Source: Pseudomonas sp. (GTDB taxonomy: Bacteria; Pseudomonadota; Gammaproteobacteria; Pseudomonadales; Pseudomonadaceae). Taken from it: a stretch of DNA of 64,000 nt. Positions within the stretch are counted from its first letter, which is position 1, and each line of letters opens with the position of its first letter. Made by a program: the position numbers and the translations under genes. Under the pieces are notes generated by a model, which made no database searches, was not told where the DNA came from, and worked only from the letters and a program-made list of their open reading frames with translations. The DNA lies in assembly GCF_030683065.1 (NCBI RefSeq), contig NZ_JAUXMX010000034.1, forward strand, positions 2,385 to 66,384, in the 5' to 3' direction. Of the stretch, positions 8,544-18,024 are shown one piece after another.

Positions 8544-9374
8544 TCAGAGGCTCCGGTCTAAGCCGAAACGTTTTTTCAGCAGCGCCTCGAGCAAGTTCTT
8601 CGGCAACATTGCCGCCATCAACGGCAGGATGCGGCTGCCCTTGCCCAGGCGCAACAGGCGCGGCCGCCTGCTGCGCTGCACGGCAGCCAGCAGATTGCGG
8701 GCGAGGTGGATGGCCGGTGTGGGGTTGTCTTGCGAGGCATTGGCGCGGGCACGAATACCCTCGCGGATTGGCCACCAGGGTGAGGCCTCATCAATCAACT
8801 GTTCGGCTTGCTGGCTGGCACTGGCGCCGAAGCTGGAGGCAATCGCCCCGGGCTGCACTTCCATCACCTCGATGGCGAAGGGCGCCAGCTCCAGGCGCAA
8901 TACATCGGTGAGGGCATGCACCGCCGCTTTCGAGGCGCAGTAGGCGCCCGCGAAGGGGGTGACCAGTACGCCGGAAACACTGCCGATATTCACCACCAGG
9001 CCTTTGTTCTGGCGCAGCAGCGGGAACAGCGCGCGGGTTACCCCGACCAGCGAGAACACATTGGTTTCGAACTGCTTGCGCATGGCTTCGACGCCGCCAT
9101 CGAGCAGCGGGCCCATGGCCCCGTAGCCGGCGTTGTTGATCAGCACATCAAGGCCGCCTATTTCAGCTTTCAGGCGTTCGGCCAGTTGGCCCAGCCCCAG
9201 GCCATCGTTGACGTCCAGTTGCACGGCGTTGAAGCCCGCATCGCTCAGCGCGGCCAAATCGTCGGCTTTGCGCGCAGTGGCCCATACCTGATAACCGGCC
9301 TGTTTGAATTCGCCGGCCAGGGCGCGGCCGATGCCGCTGGAGCATCCGGTAATCAGGACGGTGGGCTGGGTCAT
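8544..9374 (-). CDS. SDR-family oxidoreductase
   Basis: TGxxxGIG motif ITGCSSGIGRALA and catalytic YxxxK (YCASKAA). Confidence 0.9.
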   Translation of the reverse strand: MTQPTVLITGCSSGIGRALAGEFKQAGYQVWATARKADDLAALSDAGFNAVQLDVNDGLGLGQLAERLKAEIGGLDVLINNAGYGAMGPLLDGGVEAMRKQFETNVFSLVGVTRALFPLLRQNKGLVVNIGSVSGVLVTPFAGAYCASKAAVHALTDVLRLELAPFAIEVMEVQPGAIASSFGASASQQAEQLIDEASPWWPIREGIRARANASQDNPTPAIHLARNLLAAVQRSRRPRLLRLGKGSRILPLMAAMLPKNLLEALLKKRFGLDRSL

Positions 9375-9486
9375 GCGGGCATCCTTGTGGGGGAGGGCTG
9401 AGCGGCTCTCTGTTGCCGCCCCGCCGCGGGGGTCAATTCAGTAGGCTGACGTGGGTCGCCACCCGGGCCACTTTACGCGATGATTT

Positions 9487-9951
9487 TCAGCGACTGAAGC
9501 TGCCTTGCAGGCGTTCGGCACGGAACTCCAGGGTGCTGGCGCGGTAGCCGCTGCGCAAGGTTGGCAGGGGCAGGCACGTTTGCCAGGTGGCGTCCGGCAG
9601 CAGTTCGCCCGGGCCGCTGTAACGTGGGGATTCGTAGAGGCGCTCGGCGAGGTTGACGCTGTCACCGGGGCGATAAGCAGCGATTTGCCAGTGCAGTTCG
9701 AGCAGGGCGGCGTCGCTGCCGTTTTTCAATTCCAGGGCCAGGGGGCGATTGGCAGGGCAATTTTGCGGGTCGTAGCTCAGGCGCAGTTGCAAGTGCGCCA
9801 GGTGGCGCATCTCGCGGCTTTCCTGCCAGAGCACCCAGCTGGTCACCATGCCCAGGCCGATCAGCGCGGCGAGGGAGATGGGCAGGGCTTTGCTCGGGTA
9901 GCGGATCAACAGGACCAGCCAGCTCAGAACCAATATTGCTCCGAATAACAT
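9487..9951 (-). CDS. hypothetical membrane-anchored protein
   Basis: 154-aa ORF with two N-terminal hydrophobic segments. No family recognised. Confidence 0.55.
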   Translation of the reverse strand: MLFGAILVLSWLVLLIRYPSKALPISLAALIGLGMVTSWVLWQESREMRHLAHLQLRLSYDPQNCPANRPLALELKNGSDAALLELHWQIAAYRPGDSVNLAERLYESPRYSGPGELLPDATWQTCLPLPTLRSGYRASTLEFRAERLQGSFSR

Positions 9952-10039
9952 AGTGATGGGCCTCGTTGGACAATATAGGACCCTATCCTACACAAGCCTT
10001 GAGGCATGCGTGGTGCTTGAGTATGTCGGGAAAAGTAAC

Positions 10040-10067
10040 GCCGGCCCTTGCTGTGGCAAGGGCCGGC
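10040..10067 (-). terminator. rho-independent terminator ending the alginate operon
   Basis: Perfect 12-bp stem GCCGGCCCTTGC / GCAAGGGCCGGC with loop TGTG, 30 nt past the algA stop. On the minus strand it is followed by GTTACTTTTCCC. Confidence 0.8.
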
Positions 10068-10096
10068 GTCTGTTTGCCGCTAGGGTCGACGTTGAC

Positions 10097-11536
10097 TCAG
10101 CGAGTGACGACGCTCAGCGGGGTTGCCTGGCTGCGGCCGTAGACGTCTTCCAGGCGTTCGATGTCGTCCTCACCGAGGTAGCTGCCTGATTGCACCTCGA
10201 TGATTTCCAGGGGGATCTTGCCGGGGTTGCTCAGGCGATGCACCGAGGTCATGGGGATGTAGGTGGACTGATTTTCGGTAAGCAGGAACACCTTGTCGTC
10301 ACAGGTTACCTCGGCAGTGCCGGAGACCACGATCCAGTGTTCGGCGCGGTGATGGTGCATCTGCAAGGACAGGGTGGCGCCCGGTTTGACCGAGATGTGT
10401 TTGACCTGGAAACGTCCGCCCATGTCCACCGAGTCGTAGGAACCCCACGGTCGGTAGACCTCGCAATGGTTCTGGGTTTCGCTACGGCCTTGATCGTTGA
10501 GCTGGTTGACCACGGTCTTCACGTCCTGCACGTGGTCACGGTGGGCGATCATCATGGCGTCCTTGGTTTCCACCACCACGATATCGTCCAGGCCGATCAC
10601 CGAGACCAGTTTGCCATTGCCGTGTACCAGGCAATTGCGGCTGTTGTGCACCATGACATCGCCTTTGGTGACGTTGCCGTGGCGGTCCTTGTCGTGCACA
10701 TCCCAGATCGACGACCAGCTACCGACGTCGTTCCAGCCGGCATTGAGTGGCACTACGCAGGCGCGGGTGGTTTTTTCCATCACCGAGTAGTCGATGGAAT
10801 TGTCCGGGCAGCACTCGAAGGTGGCGGCGTCGATGTTAATGACATCCCCCTCGATTTCGCTGCGTTCCAGCGCCAGCAGGCAGGTGTCATAAATGTCGGA
10901 GTCGTGCTTCTTCAGCTCCTCCAGGTAGCGACTGGCGCGGAACAGGAACATGCCGCTGTTCCAGAAGTAGTCACCCGAGGCGACGAATTCGCGGGCGCGC
11001 GCTTCATCGGGTTTCTCGACGAAGGACTGCACGCGAATCACGCCTTCAGGCAGCGCGGCGTCGGCCACCGATTTGATGTAGCCATAGCCGGTTTCCGGCC
11101 GCACAGCGGGGATGCCAAACAGCACCATTTCGCCACGTTCTGCGGCGGTACTGGCCAGGGTAAGGGCGTCCTCGAAGGCTTGCTGGTCTTCGAGTACATG
11201 GTCGGCGGGGAGGATCAGCAGCAGTTCGTCACGGCCCTCGGCGAGCAGTTTCATGGCGGCAATCGCCACCGCTGGCGCGGTGTTGCGGCCGAAGGGTTCG
11301 AGCAGGATCGCCTGGGTGGCCAACTGCTGGCTGTGCAGTTGTTCCTGGACGATAAAGCGGTGTTCCTTGTTGCACACCAGCACCGGCGGCTGCATGCCGT
11401 CAACGGTCAGGCGCTTGATGGTTTGCTGGAACAGGGTGTCTTCGCCAGTGAGGGCGAGGAACTGCTTGGGGAACTGCTTGCGCGAGAGGGGCCATAGGCG
11501 CGAACCGCTGCCACCGGAAAGAATTACTGGAATCAT
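10097..11536 (-). CDS. algA: mannose-1-phosphate guanylyltransferase / mannose-6-phosphate isomerase
   Basis: Start chosen at MIPVILSGGSGSRLWPLSR (ATG 11536, RBS AGGAG), giving 479 aa. Nucleotidyltransferase motif plus a C-terminal cupin domain. Last gene of the alg cluster. Confidence 0.95.
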   Translation of the reverse strand: MIPVILSGGSGSRLWPLSRKQFPKQFLALTGEDTLFQQTIKRLTVDGMQPPVLVCNKEHRFIVQEQLHSQQLATQAILLEPFGRNTAPAVAIAAMKLLAEGRDELLLILPADHVLEDQQAFEDALTLASTAAERGEMVLFGIPAVRPETGYGYIKSVADAALPEGVIRVQSFVEKPDEARAREFVASGDYFWNSGMFLFRASRYLEELKKHDSDIYDTCLLALERSEIEGDVINIDAATFECCPDNSIDYSVMEKTTRACVVPLNAGWNDVGSWSSIWDVHDKDRHGNVTKGDVMVHNSRNCLVHGNGKLVSVIGLDDIVVVETKDAMMIAHRDHVQDVKTVVNQLNDQGRSETQNHCEVYRPWGSYDSVDMGGRFQVKHISVKPGATLSLQMHHHRAEHWIVVSGTAEVTCDDKVFLLTENQSTYIPMTSVHRLSNPGKIPLEIIEVQSGSYLGEDDIERLEDVYGRSQATPLSVVTR

Positions 11537-11676
11537 GTTAGTACTCCTAAAGCGTTTATGCGTTCGGTTGGGTCGCCCCGCGCGTTGGCGGGGCTGCCCA
11601 GTTGCCCAGGCCGAGTAATCGGCGTTGGGGACCACTCCAGAACGCCTCCTCATGAAGGCGCTGTTCGCATGCCGGT

Positions 11677-11825
11677 CTAGCAGGCCGTTGAAAAACTACC
11701 TGCGTTGCCATCGCTGCGTTAAAAACAGGCTTAAAATGCTCATTTACAGCACGTAAACTCCGCTTTTTCGCCTGTTTTTGCCTTGCGCTGGCTGCCTCGC
11801 CTACGTTTTTTCAACGGCTTGCTAG
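11677..11825. repeat. 149-bp imperfect palindromic intergenic element (family member B)
   Basis: The left arm CTAGCAGGCCGTTGAAAAACTACCTGCGTTGCC... mirrors the right arm ...GGCTGCCTCGCCTACGTTTTTTCAACGGCTTGCTAG. The centre is CATTTACAGCACGTAAAC. It has the same 55-nt arm-to-centre spacing as the element at 32051-32192. Confidence 0.8.
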
Positions 11826-11852
11826 TGCCGATCTTTGCTTTTGTACGGGTGC

Positions 11853-12500
11853 TCAGTCGGTCTTGGCCGGGCGCTTGACCCAGACCGGCGAGAGCTGGCT
11901 GCCCTTGCCGGTGATGTACAGGCTGACCACCTCGCCACGGGCCAGGGTGACGGGCTTGAGGTCGCTGATTTTCTGCTCGCCATCGAACAGCGCCAGGCTG
12001 ATTTTTACCGGGTTGACCTCGCGCTCGCCGTTGCCATCGGGGGCGACTTTCTCGACCACCGCGGCTTTGCCGTCGGCGGTCTTCAGGCTCAGGGTGCTGT
12101 CGGACAGGTTCTGCACCCGCAGCAGGGCTTTCTGCTTGTTCTCGAAGGTGCCTTCTTCCACCAGCTTGGGCGCTACGCCCGGCTGGTTGACCAGGGTGTA
12201 GTAGCGGTCGGCATCGAGTTTCACCGGCAGGCTGCTGCTGCCGACCTGGGCGCTGTAGCTGCCGGCTGGCAGATAGCTGAATGCGCTTGCGCCCAGCGGG
12301 GCGATGTCGTTGAGGTCGGTGTTGCCGACGCTGACGCTGAGCTCGCTGTTGCCGGCGTTGTAGGCGCGCACGAAAGTCGAGCCCTTGGGCGCGTTGGGCG
12401 CGTAGAGGCCACCTTCACCAGCGTGGGCGTGCAGGGCGCCGATGCTCAGGGCGATGGCGCAGGCGTAAGACGTCCAGTTGCATTTGGTTTGTCTGTTCAT
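11853..12500 (-). CDS. algF: alginate O-acetylation protein AlgF
   Basis: 215-aa ORF with a signal peptide, RBS GGAGA. Position between algJ and algA, and length about that of AlgF. Confidence 0.85.
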   Translation of the reverse strand: MNRQTKCNWTSYACAIALSIGALHAHAGEGGLYAPNAPKGSTFVRAYNAGNSELSVSVGNTDLNDIAPLGASAFSYLPAGSYSAQVGSSSLPVKLDADRYYTLVNQPGVAPKLVEEGTFENKQKALLRVQNLSDSTLSLKTADGKAAVVEKVAPDGNGEREVNPVKISLALFDGEQKISDLKPVTLARGEVVSLYITGKGSQLSPVWVKRPAKTD

Positions 12501-12576
12501 GGGTAAGTCTCCATGTGATTTAACAAAATGATCTGCCGATCATGTTCGGATGAAGCCTCTCCAGCGCAGGGCCGAT

Positions 12577-13719
12577 TCAATGGCTGTTGCTGCTGGCCAG
12601 GCGTTGCTTGCTGCGGTTGCTTTTAAGTTCGGCGAGCCAGTCCGGATCGAAGTCGCCGAGGTCGTTGGCCATCGGCAGGTAGCGTTCGGGGAATTCCCAG
12701 ATCAGCAACTGCGGCGCGGCGTTCTTGAATTCGTCGCTCTGCAGGTACTTGAGCATCGGTACGATCGGCCCCTGGCCGTCTTCGGCGTGGTTGCTCAGGT
12801 CGCGTTGCAGGTGTTGGCGCAGGGCGCCGGCAAAGTTCCAGTTGGGGTTGGCGCTGTAACTGGTGCCGACCAGCGTCACCGGAATGTCGCTGTCGGCGAA
12901 CAGCGCATCGGCACCGCCAGCCGCGTCCGCCAAACGGGTTTGGTACTGCTGCAACTGATCGGGTTTGGGCATCAGGTGCTCGAACAGCGGCGCCAGTGGC
13001 AGGAAGCTGGTCAGGTCACCCAGCAGTGGTTTCTGTTTGGTCGCTTCGGTGACGAACGCCTGCGGTTCGCCGTCCAGGGCGAGCGAGCGCTTTACGGCTT
13101 CACTCAGTTGGCGCGCGACCAGATCCGCGCCCCGTGGAGTCCAGTGGGTGTCGGTGCGCAGGAACAGCGGACCGCTGTCCTTCTCGGCCTGCAGGGTGGC
13201 GAGCAAGTCCGGCGCGGCGATGTCGGCACTGCGCACCTCGCGGTGGAAGCGCTGATAGAGATCCTCGCGCTGGCTGCTGATGCGGTTGTCGCCGACGTGC
13301 TCCGGGTACAGGCGCGACTTGGCCGGCACTATCGCCAGCAGCAACAGCACATTGTGTTGCGCCAGTTGCTCACTCACGCCGCGAATCAGCGCCAGGTTGT
13401 CGCGCTGGTGCTGTTGACCACCGGCCACCGGGTTGAACTCTTCATCCGAATACAGCCAGTCGTGCTTGCCGATCACCACGCCGGGGCGGCCTTCGTTGAA
13501 CAGCACATAATCCAGCGCGGCCCAGACGTTGGTGCCGATCTGCTTGATCGGGAATTGCTTGTCGTAATGGCTCTCGAAGGTCTTCGCCAGGTTGCCGTCG
13601 AGCACGCTGAACTGGTTGGGAGCCTGGTAACTCAGGACTCCGCGCATGGACCAGAGCAGCAGCACGGTCAGCACGCTGAGGAACAGGGCGACGTAGAGTT
13701 TGCGTAAGGGACGCGTCAT
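12577..13719 (-). CDS. algJ: alginate O-acetyltransferase AlgJ
   Basis: N-terminal membrane anchor and the DTHWT motif (FLRTDTHWTPRGA). ATG 13719 has GAGG 6 nt upstream. The alternative ATG at 13731 abuts the algI stop. Confidence 0.88.
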   Translation of the reverse strand: MTRPLRKLYVALFLSVLTVLLLWSMRGVLSYQAPNQFSVLDGNLAKTFESHYDKQFPIKQIGTNVWAALDYVLFNEGRPGVVIGKHDWLYSDEEFNPVAGGQQHQRDNLALIRGVSEQLAQHNVLLLLAIVPAKSRLYPEHVGDNRISSQREDLYQRFHREVRSADIAAPDLLATLQAEKDSGPLFLRTDTHWTPRGADLVARQLSEAVKRSLALDGEPQAFVTEATKQKPLLGDLTSFLPLAPLFEHLMPKPDQLQQYQTRLADAAGGADALFADSDIPVTLVGTSYSANPNWNFAGALRQHLQRDLSNHAEDGQGPIVPMLKYLQSDEFKNAAPQLLIWEFPERYLPMANDLGDFDPDWLAELKSNRSKQRLASSNSH

Positions 13720-13731
13720 GCTCGGCCTCAT

Positions 13732-15276
13732 TCAGAATTGGAAATAAAGAAAGGGGGAGTAGCTCTGCGCCGAGAGCTTCAACAGCGAGGCGCAGAACAA
13801 CAGCAGCAACGCGCCGCGTACCAGGTAGCGCGGCATGGCGGCGCCCCAGGTGGCGTGTTGCACCTGCACGCCGCCGCTGCCAACGACCAGCCCCGGGCCA
13901 TCGCCAGGCACGGCTTTGACCATGCGCGACAGCTCGGTCGCCGGGCCATCGGCGCGGGCATTTGGCGCCCTGTGGCGGTAGAACTGGCGCAAGCCGCAAA
14001 AGGCCATGACCGCATAGGCCAGGATCAGGGTGGCGACCTGCAGGTCGCTGATGCTGGCGCTGTTCAGTTCGCTGAGCTGCCAGCCCTGGCTGCTGAAGAT
14101 CGCCGGGCTGAACATGGCGCTGTACATGCGCCAGGCGATGTCGAGGTTCTCGGCACGGAAGATCACCCAGCCGAGCATCACCAGGAAGAAGGTCAGCAGC
14201 CACTTCAGTGGATTGATCACCTTGGGCGCAGCGTTCACCCCGAATAGGCGTTCGATGGTCAGCCACATGCCGTGCCAGGCGCCCCAGATCAGGAAGGTCC
14301 AGTTGGCGCCGTGCCACAGACCGCCGAGCAGCATGGTCAGAAACAGGTTGCGGTAGGTGTTGAAGGTGCCCTTGCGGTTGCCGCCCAGTGGCACGTACAG
14401 GTAGTCGCGCAGCCAGGTCGACAGGCTGATGTGCCAGCGCCGCCAGAACTCGGTGATCGACTGACTGATGTAGGGCTGGTTGAAGTTTTCCATAAAGCGG
14501 AAACCCATCATCAGGCCCAAGCCGATGGCCATGTCGCTGTAGCCGGAGAAGTCGAAATACAGCTGCGCGGTGTAGGCGATCATGCCCAGCCAGGCGTCGC
14601 CGGTACTGGGGTCTTGCAGGGCGAAAATATGGTCGACCAGCGGTGCCAGGCTGTCGGCGATGAACACCTTCTTGACGAAGCCCTGCATGAAACGCGTCGC
14701 GCCTTCGCTGAACTTGTCGAGGCTGTGGGTGCGGTCGGTGAACTGGTCGGCGAGATCCTTGTAGCGCAGCACCGGCCCGGCAATCAGCTGCGGGAACAGG
14801 GCGATAAAGGCGGCGAAGTTGATCAGGTTTTCCGTGGGCTTGGTGTCGCCGCGGTACACGTCGATCAGGTAGCTGAGCGACTGGAAGATATAGAAGGAGA
14901 TGCCAATCGGCAGGATCACATGGGTCAGCAGGAACGGCTCGAAGCCGGCACCTTCCAGGACCCTGTTGATGTTCGCCACGCCGAAGTTGGCGTACTTGAA
15001 GTAACCCAGGGTCGCCAGGTTGCCGACCACGCCCCAGATCACCCAGCGCTGCGCCGCCTTGCTGCGCACGCCGGCGCGATAAATGCGCAGGCCGAAACCG
15101 TAGTTCCACAGGGTGACGGCGACGAACAGCAGGAGGAAATCCACCCGCCACCAGGCGTAGAAGGCGTAGCTGCCGATCAGGATCAGCAGGTTGCGATAGC
15201 GATTACTGCTCAAGTAATACAAGCCGAGAAAGATCGGCAGGAACAGGAACAGGAATACGTTGGATGAAAAGACCAT
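13732..15276 (-). CDS. algI: alginate O-acetyltransferase AlgI (MBOAT family)
   Basis: Start at MVFSSNVFLFLFLPI (ATG 15276, RBS GGAGA). Polytopic. MBOAT His region WRRWHISLSTWLRDYLY. Confidence 0.93.
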   Translation of the reverse strand: MVFSSNVFLFLFLPIFLGLYYLSSNRYRNLLILIGSYAFYAWWRVDFLLLFVAVTLWNYGFGLRIYRAGVRSKAAQRWVIWGVVGNLATLGYFKYANFGVANINRVLEGAGFEPFLLTHVILPIGISFYIFQSLSYLIDVYRGDTKPTENLINFAAFIALFPQLIAGPVLRYKDLADQFTDRTHSLDKFSEGATRFMQGFVKKVFIADSLAPLVDHIFALQDPSTGDAWLGMIAYTAQLYFDFSGYSDMAIGLGLMMGFRFMENFNQPYISQSITEFWRRWHISLSTWLRDYLYVPLGGNRKGTFNTYRNLFLTMLLGGLWHGANWTFLIWGAWHGMWLTIERLFGVNAAPKVINPLKWLLTFFLVMLGWVIFRAENLDIAWRMYSAMFSPAIFSSQGWQLSELNSASISDLQVATLILAYAVMAFCGLRQFYRHRAPNARADGPATELSRMVKAVPGDGPGLVVGSGGVQVQHATWGAAMPRYLVRGALLLLFCASLLKLSAQSYSPFLYFQF

Positions 15277-15389
15277 CCGTAGATCTCCGTTGAGTAGCAA
15301 CTCTTCCGAGGCTCGCAAGCCCCCCTTTCCCCCCGCGAGCGAGAGGGTGTTTCATGGTTCGTATACGGACTTGCAGGTTGCCGTTATTG

Positions 15390-15420
15390 GTAGGATGGGT
15401 TGAGCGAAGCGATACCCATC
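15390..15420. repeat. REP-type hairpin unit in the algI-algL spacer
   Basis: GTAGGATGGGTTGAGCGAAGCGATACCCATC with stem GATGGGT (15394-15400) / ACCCATC (15414-15420). The same unit occurs twice at 37219-37298. Confidence 0.8.
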
Positions 15421-15464
15421 GAAGTGCTCCTAAGTAAGCAAGCAGACGCGCCGAGCAACCATCC

Positions 15465-16568
15465 TCAGCTGTCGCCGTTCGGCTTCTGCGGGTCGAACAG
15501 CTGGCTCACGTCGCCGCCGAGGCGGAAGGTGTTGAACGGGCCCATTTTCCGTTTGAGTTCCTCGGTATCCGCCGAGCAGGTATAGAGCGTGCAATAGGGC
15601 GCCAGCCAGGCGAACTTGGTGTGTTTCTTCAGTTCCGCCATGTCCTGTTGTTCGCCGGTTTTACGGGCGAAGGCGTCCTGCTCGTTGACCCCGTCCAGCA
15701 CCTTTTGCCCCAGGCGTTGCAGCGCGCCTTGGTTTTCCGGGCGCAGGTCGACGCCGTTGGCTTGGGCGAAGGCGGCAATCATCGCCAGGGGCGGCAGGCT
15801 GTAGTTGTGGTAGGCCAGGGCGCGTTGGCTGCGTTTCAGTTCGTTGGGCAGGAAACCGTCGGCGTCGACCTGATTGGCGCCCACGCGGAACTGCGTCACG
15901 GCCCAGTCGAACAGGTCGCGGCGATCGGTGGCGATGGCCGTGGCCATCACCGACCAGGCGGACCAGTAGCTGTGGTTGTTGATTTTTTTCAGCGGCAGAT
16001 CGCTCCAGTCGTGCACCGTGTGATCGGCGAGTTTCTCGAACCAGGATTCGATCAGCTGCGCTTGCCGTGGGTAGGCCGCCAGCGGCTGCGATTCAGAGAA
16101 CTTCAGGCGCAGGTAGGAGGAGGACAGACTGCCCAGGGCCCATTTACGGATCGACTTGCCGGTGTGGTTGTATTCCTCGCTGAGCAGGGCATTGGCCTGG
16201 GCCCAGGTGCCCATCCAGCTCAGCGCGCATTCCAGTTGCTGAGGGTCGCCCTCGCGCATGTAGCGCATCACCTGCCGGTTCACGCCGCGCTCCAGTTCGG
16301 TGATGTCCGCGGTGGCATCGCGAAAGGCTTTTTCGGAGGCTTTATTGAGGGTGGCGCGGGCCTTGCCCGAGCCTTCGTACTTGCTGCGAAATTCCAGCTT
16401 GGCGGTGTAGGGCTTGGGTGGCGCCGCGCAACTGCGCGGCTTCTTGTCGGCATCGACCACCGCTGCGAAGTAGCCAGCCGGCGGCACCAGGCTGGCAGCG
16501 AATGCTGGCTGGGCGAGCAACGCCGCGCCGAGCAGGCAGGGTGCGAGTATCCACGTGGGGCGTTTCAT
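15465..16568 (-). CDS. algL: alginate lyase AlgL (PL5)
   Basis: Start at [14 protein letters not shown] (ATG 16568, RBS AGGAGG), giving 367 aa. Signal peptide and conserved NNHSYW motif. Confidence 0.95.
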   Translation of the reverse strand: MKRPTWILAPCLLGAALLAQPAFAASLVPPAGYFAAVVDADKKPRSCAAPPKPYTAKLEFRSKYEGSGKARATLNKASEKAFRDATADITELERGVNRQVMRYMREGDPQQLECALSWMGTWAQANALLSEEYNHTGKSIRKWALGSLSSSYLRLKFSESQPLAAYPRQAQLIESWFEKLADHTVHDWSDLPLKKINNHSYWSAWSVMATAIATDRRDLFDWAVTQFRVGANQVDADGFLPNELKRSQRALAYHNYSLPPLAMIAAFAQANGVDLRPENQGALQRLGQKVLDGVNEQDAFARKTGEQQDMAELKKHTKFAWLAPYCTLYTCSADTEELKRKMGPFNTFRLGGDVSQLFDPQKPNGDS

Positions 16569-16585
16569 CGTGCCTCCTATGACCT

Positions 16586-18013
16586 TCACTGGGCTTGCGC
16601 CGTGAGGGCTTTGTCGTCAGCGCCGGGGCGTTTGCACAGGGTTGCTTCGACGCTGAGATTTGCCGGCATGTCTTCCGGGCTATGGATGTCCAGGGCGAGC
16701 AAATTGAGGTCGGTCCAATCGGCTTCGTTGCGCAGTTCGAAGACATAGCGTCCACCGGTAGCTGCACGGTCGCTCTGTTCGATTTTGAAGTTCTCGCGGC
16801 GCCCGGTGAGGTACCAGAGGGTGGCTTGGGACTTGTGTACGCCGGGGTCGCTGAAGGTCAGGTCGACCTGGTAGTCGCCACCGCGAAGATCCAGCAGTGG
16901 CTGGTTCTCACCGTTGACCAGAACCTGGTTGGAGCCTGGCTTGAGGGTGACTGTGTTGTTCATCACCGCCGGCCGGCCCTCGCAGCCGTTGTTCACCAGC
17001 GGCACGGCCTGACGGTAGAAGCTGGCTTGCGCCAGGTCGTAATGGGTGGCGAACTCCCAAATGAGAATCTTCGGCGGGTTTTCGTGGAATTCCCGGCTGG
17101 TCATGTATTGCAGCAGGGCGCTGTCGAAGCCACCACCGGTGACCGACCTGTTGAGCACTTCGACGCCACTGTATTGCTGCAGGAAACCGGCAAAGTTGTA
17201 GGCTGCGCCGCTGTTGCTGGTGCCGACCAAGGCGATCTTCGGGTCAGCCTCGTCGCCGAACAGGCTGGCGCTATCGGCTTCGCCCACCGGTTCGGTCTCG
17301 TAGCGCTCGACATACTGGGTGGCATAGCTGGTGCCGCAGAAGCCCGCCGCGGTTTTGTGCAGGGTGCCGGCCTTGCCTAGCAGGCCAGTCACCGTGCTGG
17401 CGAATTCCTTCTTCGGCGCCTCGTCGAAACCGGGCATTTGCTTCAGGGTTTCAGCCACCAGTTCTGCGGTGCGCGCGGCCCCGGCCGGCGTCCAGTGGTG
17501 GTCGGCCTTGAAGTAGTAGGCCGTGTCCACGTCGTTCTGTTCGTCGAACAGCGGCGACAGGTCGGTGACCCAGATTCCGGTCTTGCGGAAATCGGCAATG
17601 GCTTTCAGGTAATTCTGCTTGGCCAGCGCGAAGTTGAAGTTGGCTTTCTCGTGCGCGGTCAGCTGCTGACGGTTAACCAGGCCGCGGGTCGGCTGATAGA
17701 CCACCATCAGCTCGATACCTTTGCGCTTGAGGGTGTCGCGCAGGCGTTTGAACTGGCGGTAACCGGCGGGCGTGGTGCCAAAGTCGCTGCGCAGGTCGTT
17801 GCCGCTACGGAACAGCCAATCGCCTTGGCCCTGCACCAGCGCGGTGAAGAAGCTCAGGTACTTGGTGTCGTACTGGCTCGGGTCCTGGGCGATCGGACAC
17901 AGTGGCCCGACTCGCTGCACCTGGTACTGCGGTGCGGCCATGGCGCTACCCGCAGCGCCCAGCAGGGCGCTGGCAAGGGCCAGTTGGCGGAAATTGAAGT
18001 GGCGTTTGATCAC
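16586..18013 (-). CDS. algX: alginate acetylation/export protein AlgX
   Basis: The track ORF starts at a TTG (18028). I prefer GTG 18013, which has GAGGAA 7 nt upstream and gives a signal peptide (M)[30 protein letters not shown] motif present. Confidence 0.9.
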   Translation of the reverse strand: MIKRHFNFRQLALASALLGAAGSAMAAPQYQVQRVGPLCPIAQDPSQYDTKYLSFFTALVQGQGDWLFRSGNDLRSDFGTTPAGYRQFKRLRDTLKRKGIELMVVYQPTRGLVNRQQLTAHEKANFNFALAKQNYLKAIADFRKTGIWVTDLSPLFDEQNDVDTAYYFKADHHWTPAGAARTAELVAETLKQMPGFDEAPKKEFASTVTGLLGKAGTLHKTAAGFCGTSYATQYVERYETEPVGEADSASLFGDEADPKIALVGTSNSGAAYNFAGFLQQYSGVEVLNRSVTGGGFDSALLQYMTSREFHENPPKILIWEFATHYDLAQASFYRQAVPLVNNGCEGRPAVMNNTVTLKPGSNQVLVNGENQPLLDLRGGDYQVDLTFSDPGVHKSQATLWYLTGRRENFKIEQSDRAATGGRYVFELRNEADWTDLNLLALDIHSPEDMPANLSVEATLCKRPGADDKALTAQAQ

Positions 18014-18024
18014 GTTGTATTTCC

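Noticed and set aside
13442-15151. 569-codon same-strand alternative-frame ORF inside algI/algJ
   Set aside because: The translation is extremely Arg/Pro/Ala/Gly-rich, typical of an off-frame reading of GC-rich genes. The in-frame AlgI (MBOAT) and AlgJ products are clearly real.
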